A stretch of 64,000 bases of DNA. Origin: Pachysolen tannophilus NRRL Y-2460. Its lineage: Eukaryota. Below the pieces are notes generated by a model. The model made no database searches and had not been told where the DNA came from. It saw only the letters and a program-made list of their open reading frames with translations. The position numbers and the translations under genes were made by a program. Each line of letters starts with the position of its first letter. The stretch's first letter is position 1. Positions 32,295 through 44,900 of the stretch are shown one piece after another. Location of the stretch: the NCBI GenBank assembly GCA_001661245.1, contig KV454011.1:1714041-1778040 (forward strand). Direction: 5' to 3'.

Positions 32295-35200
32295 AACGGA
32301 ATAAAAGTCTAAAATGCGGATCAGCATTAGTAGAGACATGGAGCCTGTTGAACATTTGAATATTAATGCCCGTAACGCTGCTGTCTGCGATGATTGCAGA
32401 GATTCTTCAATTATTTTTATCATCATAAAATCCACTTTTTCCCGTGGATTGGCTTGAACAAAATATAGTTTAACATGGAAGACTACAACCGACAGGAAAT
32501 AAAAAGAAAAAAGGTTCGAAAAGCACTCACACATGTTGCCTAAAAAACGTCATCGGTATTACCTTGCACCTAAGAAGTTAATTCTCTATACCCCTTTTGG
32601 TTCGTACGTTAAGTTTAAAGGTAGACTAAAACACGGGGTGGTTATAGCCTCAAACAGTTGAACTAAAATTACTACGACATATATCGTACATCCAGTAAAT
32701 ATGCCCTATTTTGTCTATCTTTCAAATCGAGACGTCAATTTTCAACCACATATGGCTGGAACTTTACCCGAATTTTTTTTTCAGAAGTTAATGAAATATA
32801 AGTGGACATAGGTAGTTAGATAGAGCTTAAAAACCTTCTCTATCTACCTTTTTTTTTAGGTTAAAACTATGGTCCCTTTCGAAATAATTTTTTAAAATTT
32901 TCTCGTCTGTAAATTCAACTACAATTAGTCACTGATAGATGCTAATTCAATGCGAGTCACGGTAAGTACAGAGAGATACAGATGCTAGATTAAAACTATT
33001 CAAAGTTCTAGAAATAGATATCTAAAAAAAAATAAAAAACTCTAGAATCTAGGATTAGTAAGAGATTTTATAAAACAAAAAAATTTATTGCTATACAAAA
33101 AAAAAAAAAAAAAAAAAAGTTTGAATTACGTTCAAATTTTTGTCCAGAAAATTATTTCAAATGTCTCTTTCCATGAATATTTTAATTTATTGGTGTATTA
33201 CAGCTAGATTGTGGTGAGCTACTATTTGTATTTCAGTTAAAACTTCTATTTCTTAAAGTCTTAGTTAGTGGCTGATTTAGTAATTCTTTTTTACGGTATC
33301 ACAAAAAAAAAAAAGAAAAAAAGTTTTTCCTGTATTGCTTATACATGATGAATATTAGTTAAAGATGAGCTATTGTGATTTGTTATTGTATATTATGTCC
33401 TCGGTTGCCAGATATCGACAAACACAATAAGATACAGAAAACGAGCCTTCTATTGTACCTATTCATGCTAACGTAGTGCACCCGCAAAAAGGACATATTG
33501 ATGCACATATGAGACTGGGTCTAACAAAGTAAATATAGCATAGAATTTTTGCATTACAAATTGTTTTAGGGTTTTATTTTTATTTTATTTTTATTTGTTT
33601 GTTTATTTGTTTGTTTGTTTGTTTGATTGTTTATTTAATTGTTTTTTCTGATTTGTTATTGTTATTTTTATCTGGTTTTTAAATTCAACTTCAAATCAAC
33701 AGATATATTCAATACATTGGTCCTCAATTGCTTATCATCATGGGGAAACAATAAATTTAATTATTCTATACAGTTTTTAGGCTCGCCCCCCCACATGCGG
33801 AAATATACATATTAAGATACACAATAAGGCTTAACTTTATTGCTTAATGTATCCAGGATTTTGATATAGCAAGTATTTGAGCAATCGATAGTATTGGTCA
33901 ATCTTAACAATGTTTTTTTTTTTTTAAAAAAAAAAGATAAGATTTCAATGTAACATTTTTGGTCTCAAGTTTTTAGCGGTGAGCGTACCTTTTAGTAATT
34001 GGAGAATATCAATCAAGTCAATATAAGTTATATTACATTTTCAAGCTTATCAGTGTAAACTATTAAGTTCCACATATATTATCACTTTTCAGTTAGTCCA
34101 GAAGTCAGCTTGATAATCTTTTTAAATTTTTCCTGGTCAAATTGTTCTAGATGTAATATTTTAAACTTTATGCATAGAGAAGTAAAATAAAAATTAAAGT
34201 TGAGATTTAGCTTAAAGTTTAAACTCAACTTTTACTTACTTTTATAAAAGTCAACAAGGAGCAGATATGGGAGGCCATTTTGAAATTCTTTGACCCCTTC
34301 AGCTGCAATAAAAGTGTAAGAGGGCGGCGTCTTATGCTGAACTTGTTTTCATATATAGTTTATACTTTCTAATAAAATTTGTATAAAACAAAATAACCTC
34401 AAGCTTAAGAAATCTGGCTTGTCGATATTATTTTAATCCATAACAAGATAATAAATGTTTTTACGTAATATTTTATGCAGAAATTATGAACTAAAACTTC
34501 TCTTTGTAGATCGAAACTTGTGTGAGGAAAAGTTTGTGGTTTCGGACTCATTCTTAACAGTATTATTGGTAACATTTGATATTTGAGTTAACACGGTAAA
34601 ATTTATACAATGCATTTGTACCATTACTGATTGTTTTCAGTGTTGTGTCATCAAAGTCCAAAAAATGTTTTCTTTTTTTCAAGAGCAGTCTTACAAAATT
34701 TTAATGTTGGTTTTATTTTTAAATGTAAAGTAAAGACATAGCAAACAAAACCTCCAAGCAGATTGATGGTTTCAGAATTAAATTTTTTCCCATTTAGATC
34801 TTTTTGTTAAAACTATACATTTTTTAAAATTCTTATGATGCTTGAATCTCAACATTGACATTCAAAAGAACTGCAAGAGGGTTGAATCTAAAATACCGTG
34901 TTAAAAATGGCGAGCAAAAAGACAAAAAAAAAAAAAAAAAAAAACAAAAATGAAAAAAAATGGAAAATCAGAATCCGGTAACCATAGTATCTCACTGGTA
35001 ATAACTGCCCAATTTGTTTGCAAAAAGATTGCAAATGTGTTTTTTTTTTTTTGTTTTTTTTTTTTTTTAAATATTGCCTTGGCTATATATATATTATCGT
35101 GAGAAAAAACGCATAGTGTAAAATAAATTCAGTAGAAAGAAAATAAAAAAAAAAAAAAATGATGCCTCGCAAGCATTGGAAAATTTCGCGCCTTTTAGGA

Positions 35201-37267
35201 TTTCCCAATTTTAAAACCTTGGATTTGTTTTCTTTCATTGAGGTTTTAAAAATTAAAAGAAAATATCTTTATCAGGAAGTAAAAAAACAACAAAGTCATT
35301 AACTTTGTAAGTTAGGTCTCAGTTTCTTCTACTATGATAAATTTAACCTGAGGAAGATGACACTAAAAACAGTCGTGCGATCATTAGCGACTTTGTTGAA
35401 CTAAGACCACGCATAATAGTACATATGCATACCTAATATCGCATACTATCGCATAAGTCCATGCTCAGCCAAAGAAAAAAAAAAATAGATGAACCGGCCT
35501 TACGATTGATTATGAATCGTGATAAAGTTGGTGCTTGTATAGTGAGTATGGCTGGGTGGTCATGGGCAAATAACTACCATATTTTAAAAAGAGGTATTAT
35601 TCATTAAGTTAGATTTCCAAATCTTTGAGACCAAATATAATTCGTACTAGCTATTAAACTAGAACCAAAATTTAGGACTTGTCCTCAATTTGGAAGTAAA
35701 ATGTCAGTATTTAGAATATTAAATATTTGTTTGCAATGCACATCAAATTTCATTATATAGTTTTATGTTAAAGAAAAGTTTTATCTTATTTATTTTATAT
35801 CTCCTTTAATACCAAGATTATTTTGTAATTTCTGTAAAATAAAATAGGTTTTTCTGGGGATTTTCGGATCAAAGAAATTTTCCAATATTTTACCTGCATT
35901 GAGAGGACTTCCAAGAGTCGAACGGTTTCAGATTCTAAGAAAGCTGGCAGAGGTAGCTGTACTGTTTGAGAGCAAGCATGCCTTTTCATTCTGTCTCAAG
36001 AAGATTTTGACGAGAGATTCAATGCATTGTGCCTCTTTTTTTCTTTTTTTTTTTTTTTTTTTTATTATTATTTTTATTTAATACAATACAGTTCTGAGCA
36101 AATAATAGGGCAAAGATTACAATTAGAAGCAAGCGAAGGCTTGTTTTGGTCTTTGTTGTAATACCTAGACGCTAAAAATCATTTATAGTCTTTTTTTTCT
36201 TTTTTCTTTAAAAGTTAATTCATCTTTGCTTCTTTTAAAAATTTCTCGGCGGTTGTCGCTCATGCCACTTGTGTCTAAAATTAATGCAATATTTTATAAA
36301 GTTTTGAAATTTTAATATTTTTTAGTGGCTAGATTACAACTTTTGGTCTGTGTCTCTATGAGCACAGTTACAGACATGAATTCAAAGTTTATAGTTAAAA
36401 AAAATGCTTCAAGTACGGTTTTAAACACGGTTACCACAGTACATTAGATAATATTTTCATGCTTCTCACGTTAGATGGCTCCGGTACCGCAAGATGGGTG
36501 ACAGAGAAAACTGTAGTCCCTCCAATGATCTCAGATCCCTATTATACATCTTCCGTAAGCAAATGGAGAAAAAAAAAATTACCCAAGTAAAAAAAATCAA
36601 AAAAACGAAAACAGCAAAATTGGGTTGGAAGTAAACTCTGAGTTTAAGTTTCTTTTTCTTTTTCTTTTTTTTTTTTTTTTGCGATTCTAATCGTAAGCCT
36701 GACAAAAAGTTTATTATCCGAATTTTATAGAACAATAGAAAACAAGAAAAATAAAACTGTAAATATAGTTTGGTGGTCAGAAGTATAGGACTCATTTGAT
36801 CAACACGGTATTATGCACAATCTTAAACGTTGGAAGAAAAAATTGATTTCAGAAAATGTCAAGGTTAATACTTCTTGGGAATACGTTTCCTTAGCAGGAG
36901 ATTTAGCCTTTGAAATTTGTTGCTGAAAAAATACGATTTTTGACCTCATTAGAACTGATTGTCGCATTATAATTGGTTACACTAAATCACATTTGGTGAA
37001 TTTTGGGTATAAACCGTCTTGTGAAATGTCTTATATAAACAGCATTTCATTTTTTTTCCTTCTCTTACTACCATATCACTCATCTTTTCCTGAATATAAA
37101 GTATCTATCTTTAAAAAAAAAAAAAATAGTACACTATTACAATTAGAATAATACATACAGAGAAAGCACAATAAACAAAGTTCGATGGAAAAGTTAGATT
37201 TATAATTAAGATTTGACCCTAAATCTTTCAAGAAGTGCTATTATAATCGCTGTTTAAAAAATCGTCA

Positions 37268-37324
37268 CATATATATATATATATATATCAGTCGCATATA
37301 TATAATATATATATTATATATTCA

Positions 37325-37363
<39 letters not shown>

Positions 37364-37366
37364 CAT
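37268..37366. repeat. Compound (AT)n microsatellite upstream of the C2H2 gene
   Basis: Several (TA)n runs seen directly. Confidence 0.8.
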
Positions 37367-37695
37367 ATTAATTTTGTCAATTAACTCTATAAAGTGGAAG
37401 TTTTTTTTACAATAGCACCAAGTGCTTCACTTAAATTCAAATACGCGGACACTCTGATACTTCCAAAATCTTCCATGGCTTTGTCATATGCGATAGAACT
37501 CATATACTATTAGCGGTGTAAATCAACAAAAAAAAAAAAAGAAACCCCAAAAAAAAAAACATTCAAGATACTTTAATGCTTTCAAAGAAAGAAAAGGCAC
37601 CATCGATTGCAATATATTCCTTCCATCTATCAATAACAGGGTATTCGTATAATAAGTTCTATATCAGTTAGAAAAGAACTTCCCTATTCATATTG

Positions 37696-38802
37696 ATGGA
37701 TAGCGATAATTCAGACAGCTCAGTTGATCTACAGAATGATCAATCGGATCCTGGTATATCAAGTTCATCGTATAATTACAAGCTGTTACTTACAAATATC
37801 AATAATGCAATCAGAGAAGATACTTCGCAACTACCACCACCTTCCACAGCCCCAACCTCTGACTCTTCATATCAACTGAACCCATTGAATTTTAATGCCA
37901 CTTATGGTCAACCATTTTTAGACCCATATCATACAATGTCCTCCCAAGAACATCAACAACTGCAGCCGCCTTTCCCCCTAAGTAATTTTGGATTTCAGCT
38001 GTCTGGTTCCAGCAGTAATTCTCAATTTCAACCTTTAGCCCCACCACCCCAACCTCAACTCCAGCAACCAATTTATAACCCTACTAACACTAGTCAAGCA
38101 CTACTACTACAACAACAACAGCAGCAGCAACAGCAGCAACAACAGCAGCAACAACATCGGCAGCAGCGGCACCACCATCAGCAACAACAACATCGACAAT
38201 TTCCACAACACCAATCTCAGTATGGTACTTTCCCTGGTCAAGAATTTGATCCCAGACAAACTTTTGGAGATTTCAAGATTCCTCAAGTCCAAACTACACA
38301 TCAACATCCATCATCACCCTCGGTGCCCACAGGGTTATATCTGGCACAACAAAAACAACTGCTGACAAGTCAGCAATACCCTGAGACCACTGCAACTTCT
38401 CAATACATTCATCATCAGCAACAATCTCAGCCCGAATCCATCACTTATGGGGGGTTTACCTATCCAGGACTTGACCCTCATCCACAGGTAGTACAAGGAG
38501 GACAATATCCCCCAAACAATAACGCGGTTATCTATCCAAACGTTGCCAAGCAAAAAAGGAAAAGAAGAAAACGATCAGAGATTGAACGATTATATTTCTG
38601 TAATTTTCCCGATTGTAACAAAGGGTATGGAACTTTAAGTCATTTAAATGGACATATTGTTAAACACGGGCATGGGAAACGAAGGCATCCAGAAGAATTT
38701 ACTGAGTTGCGTAAATTTTTGAAAAAACGTGATGAACAAAAGGCCAAAGTTAAAGACGAAAAAGATGAAGAAAAAATAGGGCAAAGTGGAGGGACAAAGT
38801 AA
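37696..38802 (+). CDS. Single C2H2 zinc-finger transcription factor, Con7-like, with Q/P-rich activation region
   Basis: KRKRRKRSEIERLYFCNFPDCNKGYGTLSHLNGHIVKHGHG.RR.PEEF.ELRK matches the recalled Con7-family signature (EIER.Y.C....C.KAYGTLNHLNAH....HG.KR.P.EF). Contains a polyQ tract. Confidence 0.8.
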   Translation: MDSDNSDSSVDLQNDQSDPGISSSSYNYKLLLTNINNAIREDTSQLPPPSTAPTSDSSYQLNPLNFNATYGQPFLDPYHTMSSQEHQQLQPPFPLSNFGFQLSGSSSNSQFQPLAPPPQPQLQQPIYNPTNTSQALLLQQQQQQQQQQQQQQQHRQQRHHHQQQQHRQFPQHQSQYGTFPGQEFDPRQTFGDFKIPQVQTTHQHPSSPSVPTGLYLAQQKQLLTSQQYPETTATSQYIHHQQQSQPESITYGGFTYPGLDPHPQVVQGGQYPPNNNAVIYPNVAKQKRKRRKRSEIERLYFCNFPDCNKGYGTLSHLNGHIVKHGHGKRRHPEEFTELRKFLKKRDEQKAKVKDEKDEEKIGQSGGTK

Positions 38803-39797
38803 AACAATCAAAACCATAAACTTTAAAAAATTACATCAAGACAATAAATGGTACTAATTAGCGAAGACGGATAAACAAACACATTAAATCAGGAAAAAAA
38901 TGTTAATACAAAGGAAAAATAGAAACAGTTTCATTCTTTTAATCAGAGATCCAACAACGACAACGATAACAACAACAACAACACCAAAAAAAAAAAAAAA
39001 AAAAAAAAAAAAGAAAAGAAAAAGAAAAAGAAAATTAAAGTTAGATGCAAGTTTTCTGATAGATATATATTAATCTGTAAAATTGATAGAGAACGAGAAA
39101 CAGTTGAGCGTACTCACTCAAGACGTTATTCGTTTAAAACCCATTTGTAACAACATATATACATACAATGTCCACAAAAAGTTTTTGAGTTTTGAAATCT
39201 TCTCATCTCAGAAACCATTTGCTATTTTCCTTTTCAAATCTTATTTTATTTCTTCACACTTTTATTATTATCTAGTTTTTTTTATTTTATTTTTTTTCTC
39301 TCTTTTCTTCATTATTATTTTATTATTTTATTTTATTTTTTTTTTTTCTTCTTCTTCTTCTGTTTTCTTTTTATTCCGACTTATCTTGTAAAATAGGGTA
39401 GCTTCTTCCAGTCAACTAATATACACTTCGCAAAGTTTTCTATCATAGAACACAAAAAATGGTGCTGCTCAACAGATACTTTTAGATGGTGAGATCTCAC
39501 AGAAATATTATCCCCAAAATTGATGCAGAAATATGTATCCAAAAGAGGGAGTGCATGTTTGACCAAAAATGGTCTTATCTTTTTCGCTGCTTGGCCTACT
39601 TCTGCTTTGGGGTTTGATAAAAATTGAAAGAAAATAAAGTCAAATCTCAAATTTATGAACAGTTCAAGTATTAGTGTTATTATGGATCAGGGAATTTGTG
39701 ATTGAAGGGAAATACTAAAGCTGAGATAGAGAAATATAGGGACTAATTTATTATTTTATTTTATTTATTGTTTTTTTCTTTTTTGTTTTTTTTTAAT

Positions 39798-41519
39798 ATG
39801 ATGGCGTCAAATAGTAATGATTATAATAATGCAATATCTCCGGATGTAAAATTAAACAATTCTCGAGTTGTTGTGGTGAGTGAGGAAAATGATGGATATT
39901 GTGAATTGCTGGATGGATTGAATGAATACAATGGATACGATGGATATGATGGACCGATTGATGATCAATTGGGAACAACAAAGTTGGTTCCGTTATCGAC
40001 TCGCGAGGAACATGATTACATTTTTTTACAAGATATTGATGAGGAATTACCTCAAGGTAGACATCTTGGAATGTTTGCTGTAATTGTTAATTTTATTAGT
40101 AGAATCTTAGGTTCGGGTATATTTGCCACTCCTGCACTAATTTATGGGGATACTGGTGGTTCTCCATTTATATTTTTTTTAGTTTGGACATTAGCTGCAT
40201 TAATATCATTTTCTGGATTATTTGTTTATATGGAATTAGGATCAATTGTTAGAAAAAATGGTGGAACAAAATCTTTTTTAGAATTTTTGTATTATAAACC
40301 GAGAATGTTGATGAGTGTCATGATAAGTATTTATTCTGTTGTGTTTGGATTTGTTATTTCAAATTCAATAATATTTGGTCAATATTTCTTGTATTCTTTG
40401 GGAATAGAAGAATTTGAAGATAGAGATGCAAGATATGCAGCTTTGACCTTGGTATTGGTTAGTTTTATAATACATTGTATGTCAACCAAAGGTGGGACAA
40501 TTATTCAAAACATACTTGGTTTTTTGAAATTAGCTTTACTAATAGCTATGGGTTTTATTGGAATTTATGTTTTATTTCCCAAGAGTATCACAAATTTAGA
40601 AAGTAATTTAAAAGCCAAAGAATTTTTCAAAATAAAGACAGAAGTATCTGTTGCTTCAATAACAGCAGCAATTTTTAAAGCTTCTTATTCATTTGCAGGT
40701 TGGAATGGAATGCATACTTTATCGGGGGAAATTAAAAACCCAGTACGTACAATGAAAATAGCTGGTCCTATTTCATTGTTAATTGTTTTCATATGTTACC
40801 TTTTTTTGAATTTGGCCTATTTAATTGTTATTCCAACTGAAGAATTAATAGGAAGTGCTGAACTTGCTGGAAGTTTGTTATTTCAAAAAATCTTTGGCTA
40901 TGCAATTGGAAGGCGGTTATTAACTTTAAGCGTTGCCCTATGTGCTGGAGGAAATGTTTTTGTCGTTATGTATTCAACGGCTAGGATGAATCAAGAGGTT
41001 TTCCGTGAAGGTTTTATGCCATTTTCTAAATTTTTTGCATCAAATTGGCCATTGGGAACACCTTTCCCATCTTTATTTATTTGTTGCATTATAACTTCAA
41101 TATTCTTAATTTTCCCTCCGCCTGGGAATTTATACGATTACGTTGTAAATTTGGAAAGTTATGGAGGGCAAGTTTTCATAACATTTGTTCTTTTTGGTCT
41201 CTTCATTTTCCGTAAACGTTATCCAAATTTAAAACTGCCGATAAGAGCACCTTTAATCACTAGTGCATTAGCCCTGATTTTTTCGCTTTGTTTGCTAATA
41301 GGTCCCTTTATTTCCGATAGTCAGAGAAAGTCTTCTAATGGTGATGATACAATTCCAAACTATGCATTATTGTGTTGTTTATTTTTAGGATGTTGTGCAT
41401 TGTATTGGGCTTTAAAGTTTCGTCTTTTACCCTGGTTTTTCGGTTATCAGTTGATAAAGACAGAACAGGAGTTGGCAGATGGTTTAACAATAAAGAAATG
41501 GGAGTACATATACGCTTGA
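39798..41519 (+). CDS. MUP3: APC/LAT-family low-affinity methionine permease
   Basis: PQGRHLG, SRILGSGIF, ELGS....GG.K.FLE, YSFAGW, EIKNP.RT. About 12 TMs. Convergent with a YBT1/VMR1-type gene, as in S. cerevisiae MUP3-VMR1. Confidence 0.88.
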   Translation: MMASNSNDYNNAISPDVKLNNSRVVVVSEENDGYCELLDGLNEYNGYDGYDGPIDDQLGTTKLVPLSTREEHDYIFLQDIDEELPQGRHLGMFAVIVNFISRILGSGIFATPALIYGDTGGSPFIFFLVWTLAALISFSGLFVYMELGSIVRKNGGTKSFLEFLYYKPRMLMSVMISIYSVVFGFVISNSIIFGQYFLYSLGIEEFEDRDARYAALTLVLVSFIIHCMSTKGGTIIQNILGFLKLALLIAMGFIGIYVLFPKSITNLESNLKAKEFFKIKTEVSVASITAAIFKASYSFAGWNGMHTLSGEIKNPVRTMKIAGPISLLIVFICYLFLNLAYLIVIPTEELIGSAELAGSLLFQKIFGYAIGRRLLTLSVALCAGGNVFVVMYSTARMNQEVFREGFMPFSKFFASNWPLGTPFPSLFICCIITSIFLIFPPPGNLYDYVVNLESYGGQVFITFVLFGLFIFRKRYPNLKLPIRAPLITSALALIFSLCLLIGPFISDSQRKSSNGDDTIPNYALLCCLFLGCCALYWALKFRLLPWFFGYQLIKTEQELADGLTIKKWEYIYA

Positions 41520-41944
41520 TTTCTTGTAATGATACATAACACATATAATTGAAGCATCTTTTCTTAAACAGGTGTAAAGCTTGCAATTGACTGCAGTTCG
41601 GTGCGTCTTGCAGTTATTACCCCTTTTTTGTAAAAGAAATATATAATATTTACAATTACAGATTTATCTACAACTTCCGTTAATTCTTTCTTTTTCTTTT
41701 TTTTTTTTTTTTTTTTTTAATTACTTTTATTTATTTTTGTTAATCTTTTTGTTAATTTCATGAAACTAAACTAATAAAATTACATTAAACTAATTTAAAC
41801 ACAAATTTGTTTGGAAAAACTTTCTTTTTGATCTTCTGTAATTGAACTTCTGTAAATGAAATAGAATTTCATAACACAACGGTAGAGAAAAAACAAAAAA
41901 AAAAAAAAAAAATTTAAAAACTATTTCAAGAAAAACAGTTTCTA

Positions 41945-44900
41945 TTATTTCCTACTGTTAATACCTTTTTTTATAAAATTTTCCTTTGCCAATTGTACCA
42001 ATACGTCTAGCTCACCTGAATTCTCACACATGCTGTGAAATAATGAACTCTTATCTAAAATCAATGTGTATGGATCATCATATTCAACTACCTTACCAGC
42101 ATCCATAACTAAGATCTTATCATAATCAATGATGGATCTCAATCTGTGAGCAATAGTGAGAATAGTACTAGCCGCAAACTCGTCTCTAATCGTATGTTGA
42201 ATTTTTGCATCAGACAGATAGTCAATCGATGCAGTTGCTTCGTCTAATAAAATAACTTTTGGAGACTTTAACAATGATCTTGCTAAACACATTAATTGAC
42301 GCTGTCCTTGAGATAAATTTGAACCACCTTCTGAAATCTTGTTATTCAAATTCAAAAATTTGTTTGTATTCTCCTCAAGCGAAGAATCACCCACATCACT
42401 GCTATTTGCCGATGACTGACCATTTTTGACCAATGCAAGTTCTTCTGCAGAGATCAAATTCACCCTTTTTAAGGCCTGGTAGATTTCTTCGTCCGAATAT
42501 TGATCAAAAAGATCTAGGTTTGACCTAATAGTTCCTGTAAACAATGTCGGATCCTGTGGAATAATCGTTATACCCTGGCGTAACGCACGTAAACCAATCT
42601 TCGTGATATCAACTCCATCAATTTTGATATATCCAGTTTCAGGGTCCAAGAATCTAAAGAAAGCAGTGATAATAGTAGATTTACCTGCGCCTGTTCTACC
42701 CACAATACCCACTTTTGAGTTTGGTTCAACATTAAAAGTGACATTATTGATAACCCTAGGTAAATCTGGTGCATATCTCAATGAGACATCACGGACTTCT
42801 ATAGCACCTTTTGACGGCCATGTATTTGGTAAGGGGTCATTTTCGGTAGTTTCTGCAGCCTCCTGATCAATCAATAAATATTCTTGTAACCTTTCAACAG
42901 AGTTCATACTCATCTCAACATTTGCGTAAAGACGTACAACCCATAAGGCACCATCTGAAAAGGCAATTGCATAAGATAAGGATAAACCTGCAAGACCAGA
43001 GTCAAGTTTGTTTATACTCAACAAGATAAAGACACCCGAAAAGAAAGTTACAAACGCACCAACTGCATCAACACGGAAGGATAACCATCTATTAGCAATC
43101 CATAAATAAAAGTAAGGCCTGTTATTTTCGTCAATCTTGTTCAAATTTTGGGTCATAAATCTACGTTCATCCCCGTAAGCACGAATGGTTGGAACACCAA
43201 CTAAAGTTTCTGTGAAATGTTGATGAATTGGTGATCTTGTTACAGAGTCGTAACGTTTTAATTCTCTTGACAATGACAAGTAGAAAATACCAACTAAGTA
43301 GTAAAAGAACAAGATAAAAATAGCAAAAATCAAGAAAGCTGGGGTAATGAAACAGATCAATCCAATAGTTGCAAAACATTGAATAAGACACATGATGAAA
43401 GCTTCTGCGAAAGGAGGTAATTCTTGATCAACAGATTCCATATCTTTAGAGAAACGATTCATGATACGGCCTATAGGAGTAGCATCAAAAAATCTTAATT
43501 TCGCTCTGAGAACTCTGCGCAACATTTTTTCAAATATCTTATTTGAAGCAGATATACCCCCAAGAAAAGTGATAACGATACGAGCCGCAGAAATACCAGA
43601 ATAAATAAAACCAATAACACTGTAAAGAATGAGATAGAAAAATGTACCATGCTTGGATGAGTTTATGACTCTAAATGTTTCACCACCAATAGGCTTATTC
43701 CAATCAATTTTATTAAGAGCATCCATGGATTTCGATACAACCGCATGACTTGTTGATACAAACACAGAAGAAAAAGAATCACCCGCGTTGGTTTCACTAC
43801 TCATCGCCCATTCTCTTAACCACCAGGACTGAAGAATATAAATCAGCTGGGAGCCAAGCATACCAGATGCTAACAAAATCCAAAGAGGCCAAGTCCCAAA
43901 GGATTTAGCATAATCCGCATAAACTTGAAATTTAACCGATCCCTCTTTTTTAGTCTCTTCTTCCACTAATTTACCGGCTATTTTTTTATTTTTCAACTTA
44001 CGGAAATCTTCATCATTTTCGTCATTTTGCTTACTAGAACCCTCCTGGGCATATGCTGCTGCTTCTTCCAGGATCACCTTTTTCAACTTGGCTTCAATCT
44101 TATCTGCATTCAATTTCAGACTCTTATTCTTATCATTCAAAGATTTGAGGTTACTTGATGAGGCATTAACACTGGATTTAACTAATTCATCATCACCCAA
44201 ATCACCTTCTTTCAATAAAAAGCTTGGTGTTCCTTGGTTCTTGATACGTCCATTTTCTAATACAACGACCCATTCGGCAGCTGTGACAGTTAAAGCAACA
44301 TTATGAGAGACCAAGATACAAGTACGACCTTTCATTAACGGACCAGTAATACAATTATCATAAATCCATAACGCAGTATGTGAATCAACGGCACTGAGAC
44401 AATCATCCAAGAGAACATGTTTGGCATTGGAATATAATGCACGGGCTAACGAAACACGTTGCTTCTGACCTCCAGATAAAGTAATACCCTTTTCACCAAT
44501 TTCGGTGTTATCACCACCTTCAAGAATCTCAAAATCACGTACTAAACCGCAAGCTTTTACGACAGAGTCATAGCGCTCTTGATCGAAAGGTGCAGCAAAG
44601 ATAATGTTGTTTCTAATCGTATCATTCAATAACCAAGCAGCTTGGGAACAGTAGGCAACAGCTTCAGCTAAACCGGTAGATGGATCTACTTTCAATTCAT
44701 CTCTAGGTTCAACACCAGGGAGATAAACATTACCCTCTAATAACTCCATTTCACCTAACAAAGCTAACAATAAAGAAGTTTTTCCTGAACCTGTAGGACC
44801 AATGATTACATTCAACTTTCCTTTCTTAAAAGCGATGTTTAAATCTCTTAGTTTAAAATCACCTGAGTGAGTCTTATTCCAGCTAAAAGTAGCATTTTCA

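Noticed and set aside
32217..36795. Short ORFs in the long intergenic region (32217-32534, 35795-35989, 35899-36081, 36466-36795)
   Set aside because: Derived from repeats or poly-A/T tracts (poly-K/poly-F), with no protein-like composition or motifs.
39083..39650. ORFs 39083-39391 and 39381-39650, and similar F/K-rich ORFs at 12048-12850, 14937-15541 and 49610-50045
   Set aside because: Homopolymer-driven translations in promoters and terminators, mostly with non-ATG starts.
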